54,789 nucleotides of DNA from an uncultured Methanosarcinales archaeon (GTDB lineage: Archaea > Nanobdellota > Nanobdellia > Woesearchaeales > CAZKBD01), in contig CAZKBD010000003.1 of assembly GCA_964550945.1 (NCBI GenBank), positions 1-54,789 on the forward strand, read 5' to 3'. Positions 34,279 through 44,514 of this stretch are shown here, in pieces; the stretch's first letter is position 1; every line of letters starts with the position of its first letter. The translations under genes and the position numbers were made by a program. The notes beneath the pieces were generated by a model. That model was not told the origin of the DNA. It worked only from the letters and a program-made list of their open reading frames with translations, and ran no database searches.

Positions 34279-35657
34279 ATTACCTCTGGAGTTGGCTCTA
34301 TTGGCTGCATATGTTTGCCTTTTTTCCATGTCCCTAGCTTGAACCAGATAACAGAGGTAATGCCTGTTAAGACAGCGGATAACATCACTCCAATCCAGAT
34401 TCCAGTAACGCCATAATCAAACACAAAAGCAAACAAGCAAGCAAGAGGAATTCCTAGAAAGAATAATCTCAGCGATGTCAAAACTAAAGAAGGCACGCCT
34501 TTTCCAGCCCCCTGGAATGCTCCTGCAATAATCATCACAATCCCAGTGAACATATATGTTAATGAGACTATCCTTAAGTAACTGGCGCCAAATCTGACAA
34601 TATCAGGATTTTTATTGAAAATATTCACCCAAAACTCAGGCGCCAAGAAAAATATTAAGCCAACAAGCTCCATAAACGCAGACGCTAATAAAACTGCTTT
34701 CCATGTTGTGCTTTCTGCGCGGTCAAATTTCCTTGCGCCGACATTATGGCCCACAATCACTATGGCTGCTCCAGCAATCCCTATTGCAGGCAATATCGCA
34801 ACTGAATCAAGCCTGCTGACTATCCCGTAAGCTGCTATTGCATACGGCCCAAAATAAGAAACTATCTTCAACATAAAAAACATCCCTAATGAAACAACTG
34901 ACTGAGATAATGAAGCAGGAACTCCGACCCTGAATATATCCTTTATTATGCCCCAATCAAATTTAAACCATTTTAGATCTAGCTTCAGTAAAGCATTGCC
35001 TCTGAACAAGTACCATAAGATAAATGTTGCAGAGACTAATTGAGCAATGACTGTAGCAAGAGCAGCGCCAAAAATGCCCATTCTTGGAAATATCCAGATT
35101 CCAAATATAAAAAGGGGATCAAGAATGATATTAATCACATTAGCAAGAATCATCCTCTTCATGGGGGTTTTTACATCACCTTCTCCTCTTAAAATGTTGC
35201 TGCCTGTAAATGCAAGCAGCATAAAAACGCTTCCAATAAACATTGTATAGTTATATTGCAAAGCCATTGACAATACTTCATCTTTAGCCCCTAGGAATAC
35301 AAATAAAGGTTTTGAAAAAACCAAACCACAAACAGTAAAAATGATTCCGAGTAAAAAAGACAATACCAAGCTATGCTTAGCCGCTTTCTTGGCTTCATCA
35401 ATCCTTTTGCTTCCAATAAGCCTTGCTATATAAGAAGTAACTCCTATACCTACACCTGATGCAAGAGCTATTATCAAGAATATCACTGGAAAGGTTATTG
35501 AAATTGCAGTAAGGGCTAAGTCACTATACCACCCTATAAACACAGTATCAACAATATTCAAACTGACCTGCAGCAAAAATGCAACTGCCATGGGCCAGGC
35601 TAAATGAATAATATTTTTTGTTACACTTCCATCAGTCAAATCTCTTTTCATATACAA
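34275..35657 (-). CDS. MATE family efflux transporter
   Basis: LAWP, NIVDTVF, LRGEGDVKTP, NIILDPLFI and GAALAT motifs; ~12 TM. Confidence 0.95.
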   Translation of the reverse strand: MYMKRDLTDGSVTKNIIHLAWPMAVAFLLQVSLNIVDTVFIGWYSDLALTAISITFPVIFLIIALASGVGIGVTSYIARLIGSKRIDEAKKAAKHSLVLSFLLGIIFTVCGLVFSKPLFVFLGAKDEVLSMALQYNYTMFIGSVFMLLAFTGSNILRGEGDVKTPMKRMILANVINIILDPLFIFGIWIFPRMGIFGAALATVIAQLVSATFILWYLFRGNALLKLDLKWFKFDWGIIKDIFRVGVPASLSQSVVSLGMFFMLKIVSYFGPYAIAAYGIVSRLDSVAILPAIGIAGAAIVIVGHNVGARKFDRAESTTWKAVLLASAFMELVGLIFFLAPEFWVNIFNKNPDIVRFGASYLRIVSLTYMFTGIVMIIAGAFQGAGKGVPSLVLTSLRLFFLGIPLACLFAFVFDYGVTGIWIGVMLSAVLTGITSVIWFKLGTWKKGKHMQPIEPTPEVI

Positions 35658-35736
35658 AAGAAATTAGCCTTGTTTTAAAAACCTATTCATACATTAATGT
35701 CCGTAACTTCGTTCCTTGGTATTAGCGTTACTCGTT

Positions 35737-36948
35737 TCATTCGTAACGTAATGCATCAACTGGGTTCTGCTTAGAGGCCCTTATTGCAGGCAGGAAGCCA
35801 GAAGACGCTCCTACTAATGTGGCGAACAATAAACAGCTAAGAATGAGATACCATGGAAATACTGGTTTCAGCATTGCAAATCCAGCTCCAGCTGCAATCT
35901 TGCCTCCTGTAAACGATATCAAAAAACCGAGAATTACTCCTGCAACCCCTCCTAAGAATCCCAAAAATCCTGATTCAAAAACAAACACCAATAAAATCTC
36001 ATTATTCTGGGCGCCTATTGCTTTCATCACTCCAATCTCTTTTGTCCTTTCAAGCACAGCAGTGTACATTGTGTTCATAATATTAACAGCAGCAACTACA
36101 AGCGATATCAAAGCAATGAGAACCAAAATTCCGTTCAATATGTTGATGATCATCCCAAAAGTTTCCATAGCATCTGCAAAGGTCTGAACATAAAATGTTT
36201 CTTTTCCCTTCTCTTCATCTTTGAATTTCCTCAGCTTTTCCTTGATCTTGTCTGCCAGCTCTTCAGGATTAACATTTTTTTCAGCTTTGCCTAAAACATA
36301 TCCAAATTTGTTTTTGGAGCTGGGATAAAGCATTTCAAAAGCTTCCATAGTTATGTATATTTGCGAATCATCTGATGGATTCCCCACTTCTTCATAAAAT
36401 CCGATAACTTCAAAATCATAGCTATTAATCTCAACCTTGTCTCCAAGCTTTACAGCTTTTTTGAAGACCTTGTTTTCAATCTGATAGAGATAGCCCAAAA
36501 CAACTTTGCTGGTTTCGCCTTTTTTCAACTGCCTGCCTTTTGTTATATCAATCCCAAAAGCCTTAAGGATAAAGTCGATATTGCTGATGTCCATGCCCAT
36601 AACAAAACTGTATTTTTTCTCTTTTCCAAATTTAAGCTCTCCAGCCTTCATATACATTCCGTCTGCTTTGTACACGCCTTTAACTTTCTTGACATATTCA
36701 ACTTCATCTGAACTTAAAGAAAAAGTCTCATCAGAGCCAGGCGCACCAACCCCTTTGGACATGATATAGAAAGTATCAGTTCCGGCTTCTTCAGCCAATA
36801 CATCCATATACTCCTTAATTCCAAGCCCGAAGCTGATTATAGCAAATATAGCAGCAATGCCTATGAGTATTGAGAGGATAGTAAGAAAACTTCTAAGCTT
36901 CCTGTGCCAGAGATTTTTTAATGAATAAATTATTTCGTCTATCTTCAT
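35737..36948 (-). CDS. ABC transporter permease (MacB/FtsX family)
   Basis: KLRSFLTIL, IMNTMYTAVLERTKEIGVMKAIGA, PVDALRYE. Confidence 0.93.
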   Translation of the reverse strand: MKIDEIIYSLKNLWHRKLRSFLTILSILIGIAAIFAIISFGLGIKEYMDVLAEEAGTDTFYIMSKGVGAPGSDETFSLSSDEVEYVKKVKGVYKADGMYMKAGELKFGKEKKYSFVMGMDISNIDFILKAFGIDITKGRQLKKGETSKVVLGYLYQIENKVFKKAVKLGDKVEINSYDFEVIGFYEEVGNPSDDSQIYITMEAFEMLYPSSKNKFGYVLGKAEKNVNPEELADKIKEKLRKFKDEEKGKETFYVQTFADAMETFGMIINILNGILVLIALISLVVAAVNIMNTMYTAVLERTKEIGVMKAIGAQNNEILLVFVFESGFLGFLGGVAGVILGFLISFTGGKIAAGAGFAMLKPVFPWYLILSCLLFATLVGASSGFLPAIRASKQNPVDALRYE

Positions 36949-38171
36949 TTGGCTGACCTCAGCGATTCAACTGGCTGCAGCCTAGAAGCCTGCAATGCAG
37001 GCAATACTCCAAAGATTGTGCCTATAAAAAACGAAAACATCAATGAGCCTACTATCAGAAAAATGCTGGCATGCGCCTGTATAAGGCCAATGCCTAACGC
37101 CAATCTTCCAATAAAAGATAAGCCATATGCTAAGATCAAGCCGATAATTATCCCAACAATCCCTCCAACCATGCCCAAAAGGCCAGATTCAAAAAAAAAT
37201 ATGGTGAATATGTTCGAGTTTCTTGCTCCGATTGATTTCATCACTCCAATCTCTTTTGTCCTTTCAAGCACAGCAGTGTACATTGTGTTCATTATGCCGA
37301 TCCCGCCAACAAGAAGAGATATTATGGCGATTATATATACAAATAACTGCACTGCAAATAAACTGCTGTTCAAAGACTCAAGTATCTTTTGGGGGCTTTG
37401 GACTTCAAAATTTTCCTCTCCTTTTTTCACGTTTCTCTCTTTTCTTAGCATCTTTTCAATATCCTCCTTTACTTTGTCCATCCTGTTTGGATCCTTGACC
37501 TTAACCCCTATAACACTCACAGTTCCATCATCGCCAAAATCTTTTAACAGCTGATCCTCATTGATTATAACAGCACCATCCAGCAAAAAACTGCCTTTTT
37601 TCTTCATAATCCCAATCACTTCATAAGAAATATCATTTATCAAAACACGGTCTCCTGACTTGATGCCTTTCCCATTCCACATATCAGGATTTGTGAACAT
37701 ATTGCCAAGGAGGACTCTTCTTGCATCCCCTTCTTTTAGCAATCTTCCTTGCTCAGCTTTTACATTTAATATCTCTTCAGCGATATTTCTATGTTCTCCT
37801 GATGGCATAGACATCGCAAAACCTATCCCTTGGATATTGTTGAATTCCATCGTGCCTGTCCTTATATACCTATTAATAGCAGCCTTGACACCATCAATCT
37901 TTTCAATCTTAGCAGCAAGATCATCTGTCAAAGGCTCAGCAGCACCAGTTCCAGGAGGGCCAGCATATGTAATCCCAGCAGCTTGTACACTCAGAACATC
38001 AGTCCCAAGAAAACCAAATTGGGATGTGATAGCAACCCTCAAACCTTCTCCAAGGCTGATTAAAGAAACAACCGCAGCTACTCCAATAAATATTCCAAGC
38101 ATAGTGAGCCAGCTTCGCAATTTTCTATGCCTAATACTCTTTAAAGAATAAACAAAAAAATCTTTAATCAT
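36945..38171 (-). CDS. ABC transporter permease (MacB/FtsX family)
   Basis: KLRSWLTMLGIFIG and GGIGIMNTMYTAVLERTKEIG. Confidence 0.93.
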   Translation of the reverse strand: MIKDFFVYSLKSIRHRKLRSWLTMLGIFIGVAAVVSLISLGEGLRVAITSQFGFLGTDVLSVQAAGITYAGPPGTGAAEPLTDDLAAKIEKIDGVKAAINRYIRTGTMEFNNIQGIGFAMSMPSGEHRNIAEEILNVKAEQGRLLKEGDARRVLLGNMFTNPDMWNGKGIKSGDRVLINDISYEVIGIMKKKGSFLLDGAVIINEDQLLKDFGDDGTVSVIGVKVKDPNRMDKVKEDIEKMLRKERNVKKGEENFEVQSPQKILESLNSSLFAVQLFVYIIAIISLLVGGIGIMNTMYTAVLERTKEIGVMKSIGARNSNIFTIFFFESGLLGMVGGIVGIIIGLILAYGLSFIGRLALGIGLIQAHASIFLIVGSLMFSFFIGTIFGVLPALQASRLQPVESLRSAK

Positions 38172-39415
38172 TTGGATTTTTTCTTTCTTCTTTTTTTGAT
38201 ATATATGAACAAGCCTACTGCAACAATAACTATTATTATAATGAACCCTACAGAGCTATTGCCCTTCTGAAGGCCTAACTCCTTAGACTCCTTGTTCGAA
38301 TACAGCTTTAATGGCAGCATAACCTCTTTATGATATCCTTTGTTGTTGGCGTCTTTGTATTCTATTGACAATGGGAGGATTATGTCTTCTTTTGCTTTTG
38401 ACTGCACGAACAGGCTGAATTCAGCAGTCTCGTAATCATCTGAATCAATATTGCCGACATAAACCTCTTCATTAGATTTTGTTATTGAGTTCTCGATATT
38501 ATTCAGCTTTACATTAAGGAATTTTATGTCTGTTGCTCCTTTATTCACGAATTTTATTGAAACGTCTCCAGCCATTCCAGCTTTATAGATGGTTGTGCTG
38601 TCTATGATAACATCTAGCTCAGGGGCAGAGCCCACTATCAGGCCGATGGTGCTGTTCTTTGAGTATTTTGTGCCTAGCTCATCGACATATTCAAATATGA
38701 CCGGCATTTGATAAACATCAGCATCAGCATCACCTTCTGCAATTAAATTGAAACTTAAGTTGATGTATTCGCCTGGTTTTAGATAAAGGATGCTTTTTTG
38801 ATTTGAAGATCCAACAGGCGCAAAAGGCTTTCCTTTTATGTCAAGGGTAACCCTTATATCCTTTATTATTGAATTGGCTATGTTTTGAAGCAGAAGACTG
38901 ATAATAGCGGTTTGCCCTGGCGCAATCTCTTTTGGCTCTGAGACAACATCTTTTATCGCAAGTATCAATTCATGCGTCTGAATATCTATATCAAATGTTT
39001 CTGTGAGCCATGCTTTTCCAGCAACATTATATCTCATTTTAAGCTCGTTAACTCCATCAACAGCATCATTATTCACCCTTACATGATATTTTACAATTGC
39101 TCCGTCATCTCCCATCTGCCTGCTGTGCAACGATCCAATGTTTTTCAGGGCAGATGTTCCTGAATCAAGAGAAAAAGGATATTCAGGAATGAGCTCAACC
39201 TCAATATTATTAGCAGGACCACCGCCTATATTTTCAAATTTAAACCTGATATCAACATAATTTCCTGGCTCAGCAGGATCCGGCTCCTGGTTGACTAATG
39301 TAACCTGCACATTCTCGTCGTCTGAAATTGGCATCTCTGTCAAAGTGCCTTGCACTAGCGTGGCTGACAATAACACCAGAGCCACAGTTCCAACCATTAA
39401 TATATTTAGTTTCAT
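38168..39415 (-). CDS. COG1361-type S-layer-like protein
   Basis: Signal peptide, QEPDPAEPG Ig-like repeats, C-terminal TM and KKRRKKK. Confidence 0.85.
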   Translation of the reverse strand: MKLNILMVGTVALVLLSATLVQGTLTEMPISDDENVQVTLVNQEPDPAEPGNYVDIRFKFENIGGGPANNIEVELIPEYPFSLDSGTSALKNIGSLHSRQMGDDGAIVKYHVRVNNDAVDGVNELKMRYNVAGKAWLTETFDIDIQTHELILAIKDVVSEPKEIAPGQTAIISLLLQNIANSIIKDIRVTLDIKGKPFAPVGSSNQKSILYLKPGEYINLSFNLIAEGDADADVYQMPVIFEYVDELGTKYSKNSTIGLIVGSAPELDVIIDSTTIYKAGMAGDVSIKFVNKGATDIKFLNVKLNNIENSITKSNEEVYVGNIDSDDYETAEFSLFVQSKAKEDIILPLSIEYKDANNKGYHKEVMLPLKLYSNKESKELGLQKGNSSVGFIIIIVIVAVGLFIYIKKRRKKKSK

Positions 39416-39468
39416 ATTTTCACCTCAAATTTATTTTTTGAGACAAGGGAAATTGTTTTCCCGCTGCC

Positions 39469-40152
39469 TCAAAGTTTTTTAACAATCTGGCCATCTTTAA
39501 GATATGCAACCCTATCGGCTTCTTTTGCAAGCCTTGAATCATGCGTTACCATCACAATTGTCTTGCCTTCTTTTTCATGCAGCCTTTTCAGGAAGCCTAA
39601 AACATTCTCTCCTGTCTTTGTGTCCAGGTTGCCAGTAGGCTCATCTGCCAGGATAACATCTGGATCATTGACCAAAGCTCTGGCTATGGCAACCCTTTGC
39701 TGCTGGCCGCCGCTCATCTCATTTGGCTTGTGATAGATGCGATCACTAAGCTCTACCATCTCAAGCAATCTTTTTGCTTTGGCTATCCTTTCTTCTCTTG
39801 GGATATTCTGGAAGATCATGGGCAAAGTGACATTTTCCAAAGCAGTTAATGTGTTTATCAGATTGAACTGCTGGAAAATAAAGCCGATTATCTTTCCTCT
39901 AACTTGGGCTAAGTCAGATTCAGATAGCTTAGAAATGTCCCTATGCTCTAAAAAAATTCTGCCTCTAGTCGGCTTGTCAAGGCACCCAACCATATTCATT
40001 GCAGTGCTTTTGCCGCTTCCTGAAGGGCCTTGTATCGCAACAAACTCTTCTTTGCCAATCTCAAGATCAATTCCGCATAAGGCATTTACCTCTATGTCAC
40101 CAACCTTGTAAATCTTCCATACGTTTTCAAGCTTGATTATTATGTCTTTCAT
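39469..40152 (-). CDS. ABC transporter ATP-binding protein (LolD/MacB-like)
   Basis: GPSGSGKST, SGGQQQR, LADEPTGNLD and VTHD motifs. Confidence 0.95.
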   Translation of the reverse strand: MKDIIIKLENVWKIYKVGDIEVNALCGIDLEIGKEEFVAIQGPSGSGKSTAMNMVGCLDKPTRGRIFLEHRDISKLSESDLAQVRGKIIGFIFQQFNLINTLTALENVTLPMIFQNIPREERIAKAKRLLEMVELSDRIYHKPNEMSGGQQQRVAIARALVNDPDVILADEPTGNLDTKTGENVLGFLKRLHEKEGKTIVMVTHDSRLAKEADRVAYLKDGQIVKKL

Positions 40153-40298
40153 TTTTTGTCAAAATACCCTTTTTCTGATAGATAAGCGATTATAACACTT
40201 TTTAGCCTTTGGGCGTCCATCGTGCCAATGCCTTTTATGCCCCTGATTATTCTGATGACATCCTCATCAAGATTGACCAAAATCCTAGTTGATTTCAT
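40149..40298 (-). CDS. Small CopG/RHH-like regulator (49 aa, not in ORF track)
   Basis: MKSTRILVNLDEDVIRII...VIIAYLSEKGYFDKK*; stop overlaps the ABC ATPase ATG. Confidence 0.7.
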   Translation of the reverse strand: MKSTRILVNLDEDVIRIIRGIKGIGTMDAQRLKSVIIAYLSEKGYFDKK

Positions 40299-40545
40299 TT
40301 ATGATATATTTATGATACTATTTTCATACTAATTTATATCTATTTTGTAACTAGGTTGTATATAAATCTTTTGATTTTTAGGAGTGTGGGACAGAATTGG
40401 TTGATCCTTTTTTAAGTGCCAGAAATATTTGATTTCTTTGTGTTTTTCTGAAAAAGAAGATATTTCAAGGCAGTAGTTAGTAATGGGCGAGAAAACAGCA
40501 ATATTTATAAGTATGTGTAGCTATTTGCTTTAGTGGGTGGGTTTT

Positions 40546-40875
40546 ATGAAAACTAAAAACATCACATTAAAAGTAAATTCTAAACTTATTGCATCTTGGT
40601 TAAAAAATAAGGGTAAAATGCAAGGTAATATTTATCAGATTGATAAAGAACCACTATTAAATATACCAATAAAAACAACAAATAACATCAACCAAAAACC
40701 ATTCATCCAATTAGCTGACCAAATCCTCTCCATCACTAAATACGATGATTATTTGGACAATCCTGGCAAACAAGCAAAAGTCAAGAAATTAGAGAAAGAG
40801 ATTGACCAATTAGTCTATAAGCTGTATGACTTAACCACCGAAGAGATTAAGATTGTTGAGTGGTTTGGAAAATGA
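40546..40875 (+). pseudogene. C-terminal fragment of a type IIG restriction-modification enzyme
   Basis: NSKLIA.WLK.KGKMQG..YQIDKEPLLNIPI and EIDQLVYKLYDLTTEEIKIVE; no methylase motifs. Confidence 0.7.
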
Positions 40876-41720
40876 AAATAGGAAGAAATGAATCATGCCC
40901 ATGCGGCTCAGGAAAAAAATATAAGAAATGCTGTCTAGAAAAAGAAATGGAAAAAAATAGTTTAACAGGAGAAAGCCTCCCTATTTACAAATGCTGGATT
41001 TCGAATCCAAACGGGAGTAGGATAGCAGTCATATCCCGGATTAAGCCTAACGGCAATTTCGAAATAGCCTCTATGCTTGTAGATGAATGGAAGATGGGAT
41101 TGAAAGACGGGTTTGGAAATTACAACCTCACAAAAGACCAATTGGATGAATATACGGGCAGGGGAGACTTTAGAGAGGCAACTATAGAAGAATGCAAAAA
41201 CCTCATCAAAAGAGGCATTTTCATAGCAAAAAGTCTTGGTTTTAGGTTGCCGAAAGAATATGAACAATACAGTGGAATCATAGGTAATATGGATAGCATT
41301 GCAATAAACGGCTCTTTATACAAATGCTATGCATGTGGAGAAAACGATTTAAGTGAAGAAACTGCCTCTATAATCAAAGAAGTAACACTAAAAGATGCAA
41401 CTAAAGGGGTCTGCGGAACCCCTAATGAAACGATGATTTATTTTACATGTGATAAATGCAAAGAAAAAATGAAAACTAATTCAAACATTGAAGAGTATGA
41501 AGACGAAACTCCAGAAGAAAATGGCCTCTGGGCAGAAGGCTCTTTTATCGAATCAGTAAGCCCAGAAGAGATGAAACAAAAAGAACGCACCATTCATATG
41601 AAGCATAATGAAGAAATGAATTACAACTGCAAACAATGCAACGTTAAAATATCTGCGCATAATAAAGACTGGCACGCAGGAATGTGCGATAAATGCTTTG
41701 ACAGGATGATGGATGGTTAA
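40872..41720 (+). CDS. SEC-C motif protein with extra CxxC pairs
   Basis: KIGRNESCPCGSGKKYKKCC; CYAC, CDKC, CKQC, CDKC. Confidence 0.85.
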   Translation: MKIGRNESCPCGSGKKYKKCCLEKEMEKNSLTGESLPIYKCWISNPNGSRIAVISRIKPNGNFEIASMLVDEWKMGLKDGFGNYNLTKDQLDEYTGRGDFREATIEECKNLIKRGIFIAKSLGFRLPKEYEQYSGIIGNMDSIAINGSLYKCYACGENDLSEETASIIKEVTLKDATKGVCGTPNETMIYFTCDKCKEKMKTNSNIEEYEDETPEENGLWAEGSFIESVSPEEMKQKERTIHMKHNEEMNYNCKQCNVKISAHNKDWHAGMCDKCFDRMMDG

Positions 41721-41727
41721 TGTTGAA

Positions 41728-41847
41728 ATGGCATCAAAAAATAGCTTCATGGGAAAATGGCGCATTACAAGCATGAGTGGATGGGATAAAGAGTATTGCG
41801 ATATGGAAGCCCCAGCTTTACTTCAAGTTCTGCTGGAAAGCTTATAA
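41728..41847 (+). pseudogene. Probably truncated hypothetical gene
   Basis: MASKNSFMGKWRITSMSGWDKEYCDMEAPA resembles the N-terminus of a longer uncharacterised protein, then stops at codon 40. Confidence 0.45.
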
Positions 41848-41934
41848 ATCCTTGATTTGAAAGAGCTGGATTTATTTTGGGAGTATGTTGTTTTAGAAAA
41901 AATTATAAAGAAAAACCATTTCTTAAGCATTAAG

Positions 41935-42507
41935 ATGAGAAAGGAGAAAAATAAAAAAACAACTCAAGCACTATTAGTCATCTTCATATCTTTTATAATG
42001 GTCACTTCTGTGATTGGGTTTATATGGTCAGGGAGCCAAAATATAAGGTATGGCAAGTTTTCTTTTGAGCAAATTGGGAATGGATATGCGACAACAATAC
42101 AAGGCAAAGAGATATTGTTTAATTATCTTCCTCAGGAAGTTGAGAAAATTCAAATAGATCCTGAAATCATAAATAGGCTGGCTAATACGCCCCAGATAGA
42201 CTCGACATCTTATGTGAACGATACAAATAAGGAAGCTATAGCTTTGGCGCAATATGATCTGACTCAAATTATGGAACCTACTCTGAATATATATCTGAGG
42301 CAGGGGTTCACTACAAACAGCAGCTATAACCTGCCAGTAATAGACTGTGATGTCTCAACAAGAATCCCTATATTGTATTTTAAGACCTCAAACCAGACAA
42401 AAGTTTCTTCTGAGGAAAGCTGCATCATAATAGAATCAGAGGATGCTGTTGATGTCCTAAGAGTTAAAGACCGCTTATTGTATTCTTTGTTAGGTGTAAT
42501 CAAATAA
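41935..42507 (+). CDS. Membrane-anchored hypothetical protein
   Basis: N-terminal TM; C-terminus CIIIE...DRLLY.LLGVI shared with the next gene. Confidence 0.8.
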   Translation: MRKEKNKKTTQALLVIFISFIMVTSVIGFIWSGSQNIRYGKFSFEQIGNGYATTIQGKEILFNYLPQEVEKIQIDPEIINRLANTPQIDSTSYVNDTNKEAIALAQYDLTQIMEPTLNIYLRQGFTTNSSYNLPVIDCDVSTRIPILYFKTSNQTKVSSEESCIIIESEDAVDVLRVKDRLLYSLLGVIK

Positions 42508-43214
42508 TGGCAGTAGAAAATCAGCAAATGCCCCAGCAGGAACAAAATCAGGGCCATGAAGAAGAGCCTGAAAGAAAAATCTCAGATAAGATATTAGTGT
42601 GGGCAATAATCCTTATTGTGCTGGCTTTTATCTTAATATTCAGCTTAACTTTCTTTCACAACAAAACACCTTTGACATTAGATGAAATGAGCTCTGCATG
42701 CTTAGAAGGGAAACTTGATAAGGATATTTGTTATGTTCACAAAGGAGCTTATGTTTTTGTAAAGATTGAGGGGCTTTGGTACACAAGGATAGAAAGCGAA
42801 GGGTTAAAAGTGGGGATACCTTTGCATTTCAATCCAGGCGATTTGGAGAATATTCCTGTTGCTGGAAGCTATAATCATTCACTTTTTAACAGCACTCCTT
42901 ATTTTTACATAACTTTTGATCCTCTTGGAAGCCAGTTGAATTATGTTGCTTTAGCGACAGGAGAGTTCGACAGGAATATGCTTTCTGCTTTTGGGAAACA
43001 GCCTATAGCATCATGCATAGTGAATGAGACAGATGCATGCAAAGACAGGCCGATAATAACCTGCACAAATACAAATGAGCCGGTTGTTTATATGGAGCAA
43101 TCAAATAAGACAGCGGTTATTATGGACAATAATTGCATAAGAATCAAGGGAGAAGGCCCGGATATAGTCAAAGCAACAGACAGATTATTGATGATGTTTT
43201 ATAGCATAATGTAA
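42507..43214 (+). CDS. Membrane-anchored hypothetical protein (paralog of upstream gene)
   Basis: TM; PIITC...NCIRIKG...DRLL. Confidence 0.8.
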   Translation: MAVENQQMPQQEQNQGHEEEPERKISDKILVWAIILIVLAFILIFSLTFFHNKTPLTLDEMSSACLEGKLDKDICYVHKGAYVFVKIEGLWYTRIESEGLKVGIPLHFNPGDLENIPVAGSYNHSLFNSTPYFYITFDPLGSQLNYVALATGEFDRNMLSAFGKQPIASCIVNETDACKDRPIITCTNTNEPVVYMEQSNKTAVIMDNNCIRIKGEGPDIVKATDRLLMMFYSIM

Positions 43215-43215
43215 A

Positions 43216-43964
43216 ATGCCACATTATTATTCAGAGCAACAAACATCGAGGTTCATTCCAAAGAAAATCAACGCTAGACTAATGGGGGTTTCTTTTGAAT
43301 TCTACACTTCTTCAGGAGTTTTTTCAAAGAAAAAGATAGACAAGGGAACTGTTTTGCTGGCAAATGAGATGATAGTAAAAAAAGATGCATTTGTATTGGA
43401 TATTGGAACGGGCATTGGTGTTCTTGGGATAACAGCAGCAAAACTATTCCCAGAAACAACTGTGTTGATGACCGATGTGAATAAAAGGGCAGTAAAATTA
43501 GCTGATATGAATCTTGAGCTTAATCTAATAGCTAATGCTGAAGCAAGAAATTCAAACCTTTACGGGAATATCAAAGAGAAATTTGATGTGATATTAACAA
43601 ATCCTCCGCAGACAGCTGGCAAAGACATATGCTTTAAAATAATTGAAGGGGCTAAAGAGCATCTAAATAAAAATGGATTGCTTGAATTAGTTGCGCGGCA
43701 CAATAAAGGGGGAAAAGAGCTGGAGAAAAAGATGAANNNNNNNNNNNNNNNNNNNNNNNNNNNNNNNNNNNNNNNNNNNNNNNNNNNNNNNNNNNNNNNN
43801 NNNNNNNNNNNNNNNNNNNNNNNNNNNNNNNNNNNNTTGAATTAGTTGCGCGGCACAATAAAGGGGGAAAAGAGCTGGAGAAAAAGATGAACGCTGTTTT
43901 TGGAAATGTTAAAGAGATAGCAAAGAAATCAGGATATAGGGTTTATGTTTCTAAACTTCTCTAA
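43216..43964 (+). CDS. RsmC-like small SAM-dependent methyltransferase (spans an artefactual gap)
   Basis: GVFSKKKIDKGT, LDIGTGIG, TNPP; after collapsing the duplicated gap flanks it ends KKSGYRVYVSKLL*. Confidence 0.88.
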
Positions 43965-44006
43965 AAACCAGCACTTAGAAAGTGCACATATGCACCATTG
44001 GATAAG

Positions 44007-44060
44007 CTGTCCACAAAGTGTGTACAACTGAAATTGGAAGCTTCAGATGGTAAAAAATAT
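44007..44060 (+). pseudogene. BRO-N family gene fragment
   Basis: Translates LSTKCVQLKLEASDGKKY; lies between 14-bp direct repeats at 43951 and 44111. Confidence 0.6.
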
Positions 44061-44110
44061 CTTAACCTTGAAAATAAGAAAGAAACGAGAAAATTACCCC
44101 ATTCTAATCC

Positions 44111-44461
44111 CTAAACTTCTCTAATGCCTTCCTTTGTCAGCGCAATAAACCTGATGCCTAATCCGATCTTTAATAAAGCAGACATCAACGCCATATTTAC
44201 CTTGCCAGAACCGCAGACAAGGTTTACTGCAACTTCAATCCCATCAATTTTTCCTTTTAGCTTATCATTAATTAACCAGGTTAATTCAGAGATGGTGTTT
44301 TTTTCATCAAGCAAGATCAATTCAAATCTTTTAGATAAGTTAACAGGAAAGTTCTTGGATGCTATTAAGAATATCTTGTTCCATTCTTCTCCTTCAACAA
44401 CCTTCTTTACGTGATTAAACAATCCAGACTCATCAGAGACGCAAGCAACTAAATCTGTCAT
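44111..44461 (-). CDS. Small Rossmann/CARF-like hypothetical protein
   Basis: LVACVS...KIFLIAS...VAVNLVCGSGKVNMAL. Confidence 0.6.
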   Translation of the reverse strand: MTDLVACVSDESGLFNHVKKVVEGEEWNKIFLIASKNFPVNLSKRFELILLDEKNTISELTWLINDKLKGKIDGIEVAVNLVCGSGKVNMALMSALLKIGLGIRFIALTKEGIREV

Positions 44462-44514
44462 AACACAAGGAAAAAGAGATACCTTTATATATTTTTTTAA
44501 AACCTAAACCTAAT

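Noticed and set aside
36027..37290. Near-identical ~50-bp stretches in the two ABC permease genes
   Set aside because: They encode the conserved MNTMYTAVLERTKEIGVMK motif of paralogs, at most local gene conversion; there is no reverse transcriptase or adenine-specific variation to suggest a DGR.
40418..40440. GCCAGAAATATTTGATTTCTTTG as another element copy
   Set aside because: Too short and degenerate to separate from chance in AT-rich DNA.
43682..43891. ~55-bp direct repeat on both sides of the 100-N gap
   Set aside because: Identical flanks of a scaffold gap; collapsing them restores one continuous methyltransferase ORF, so this is an assembly artefact.
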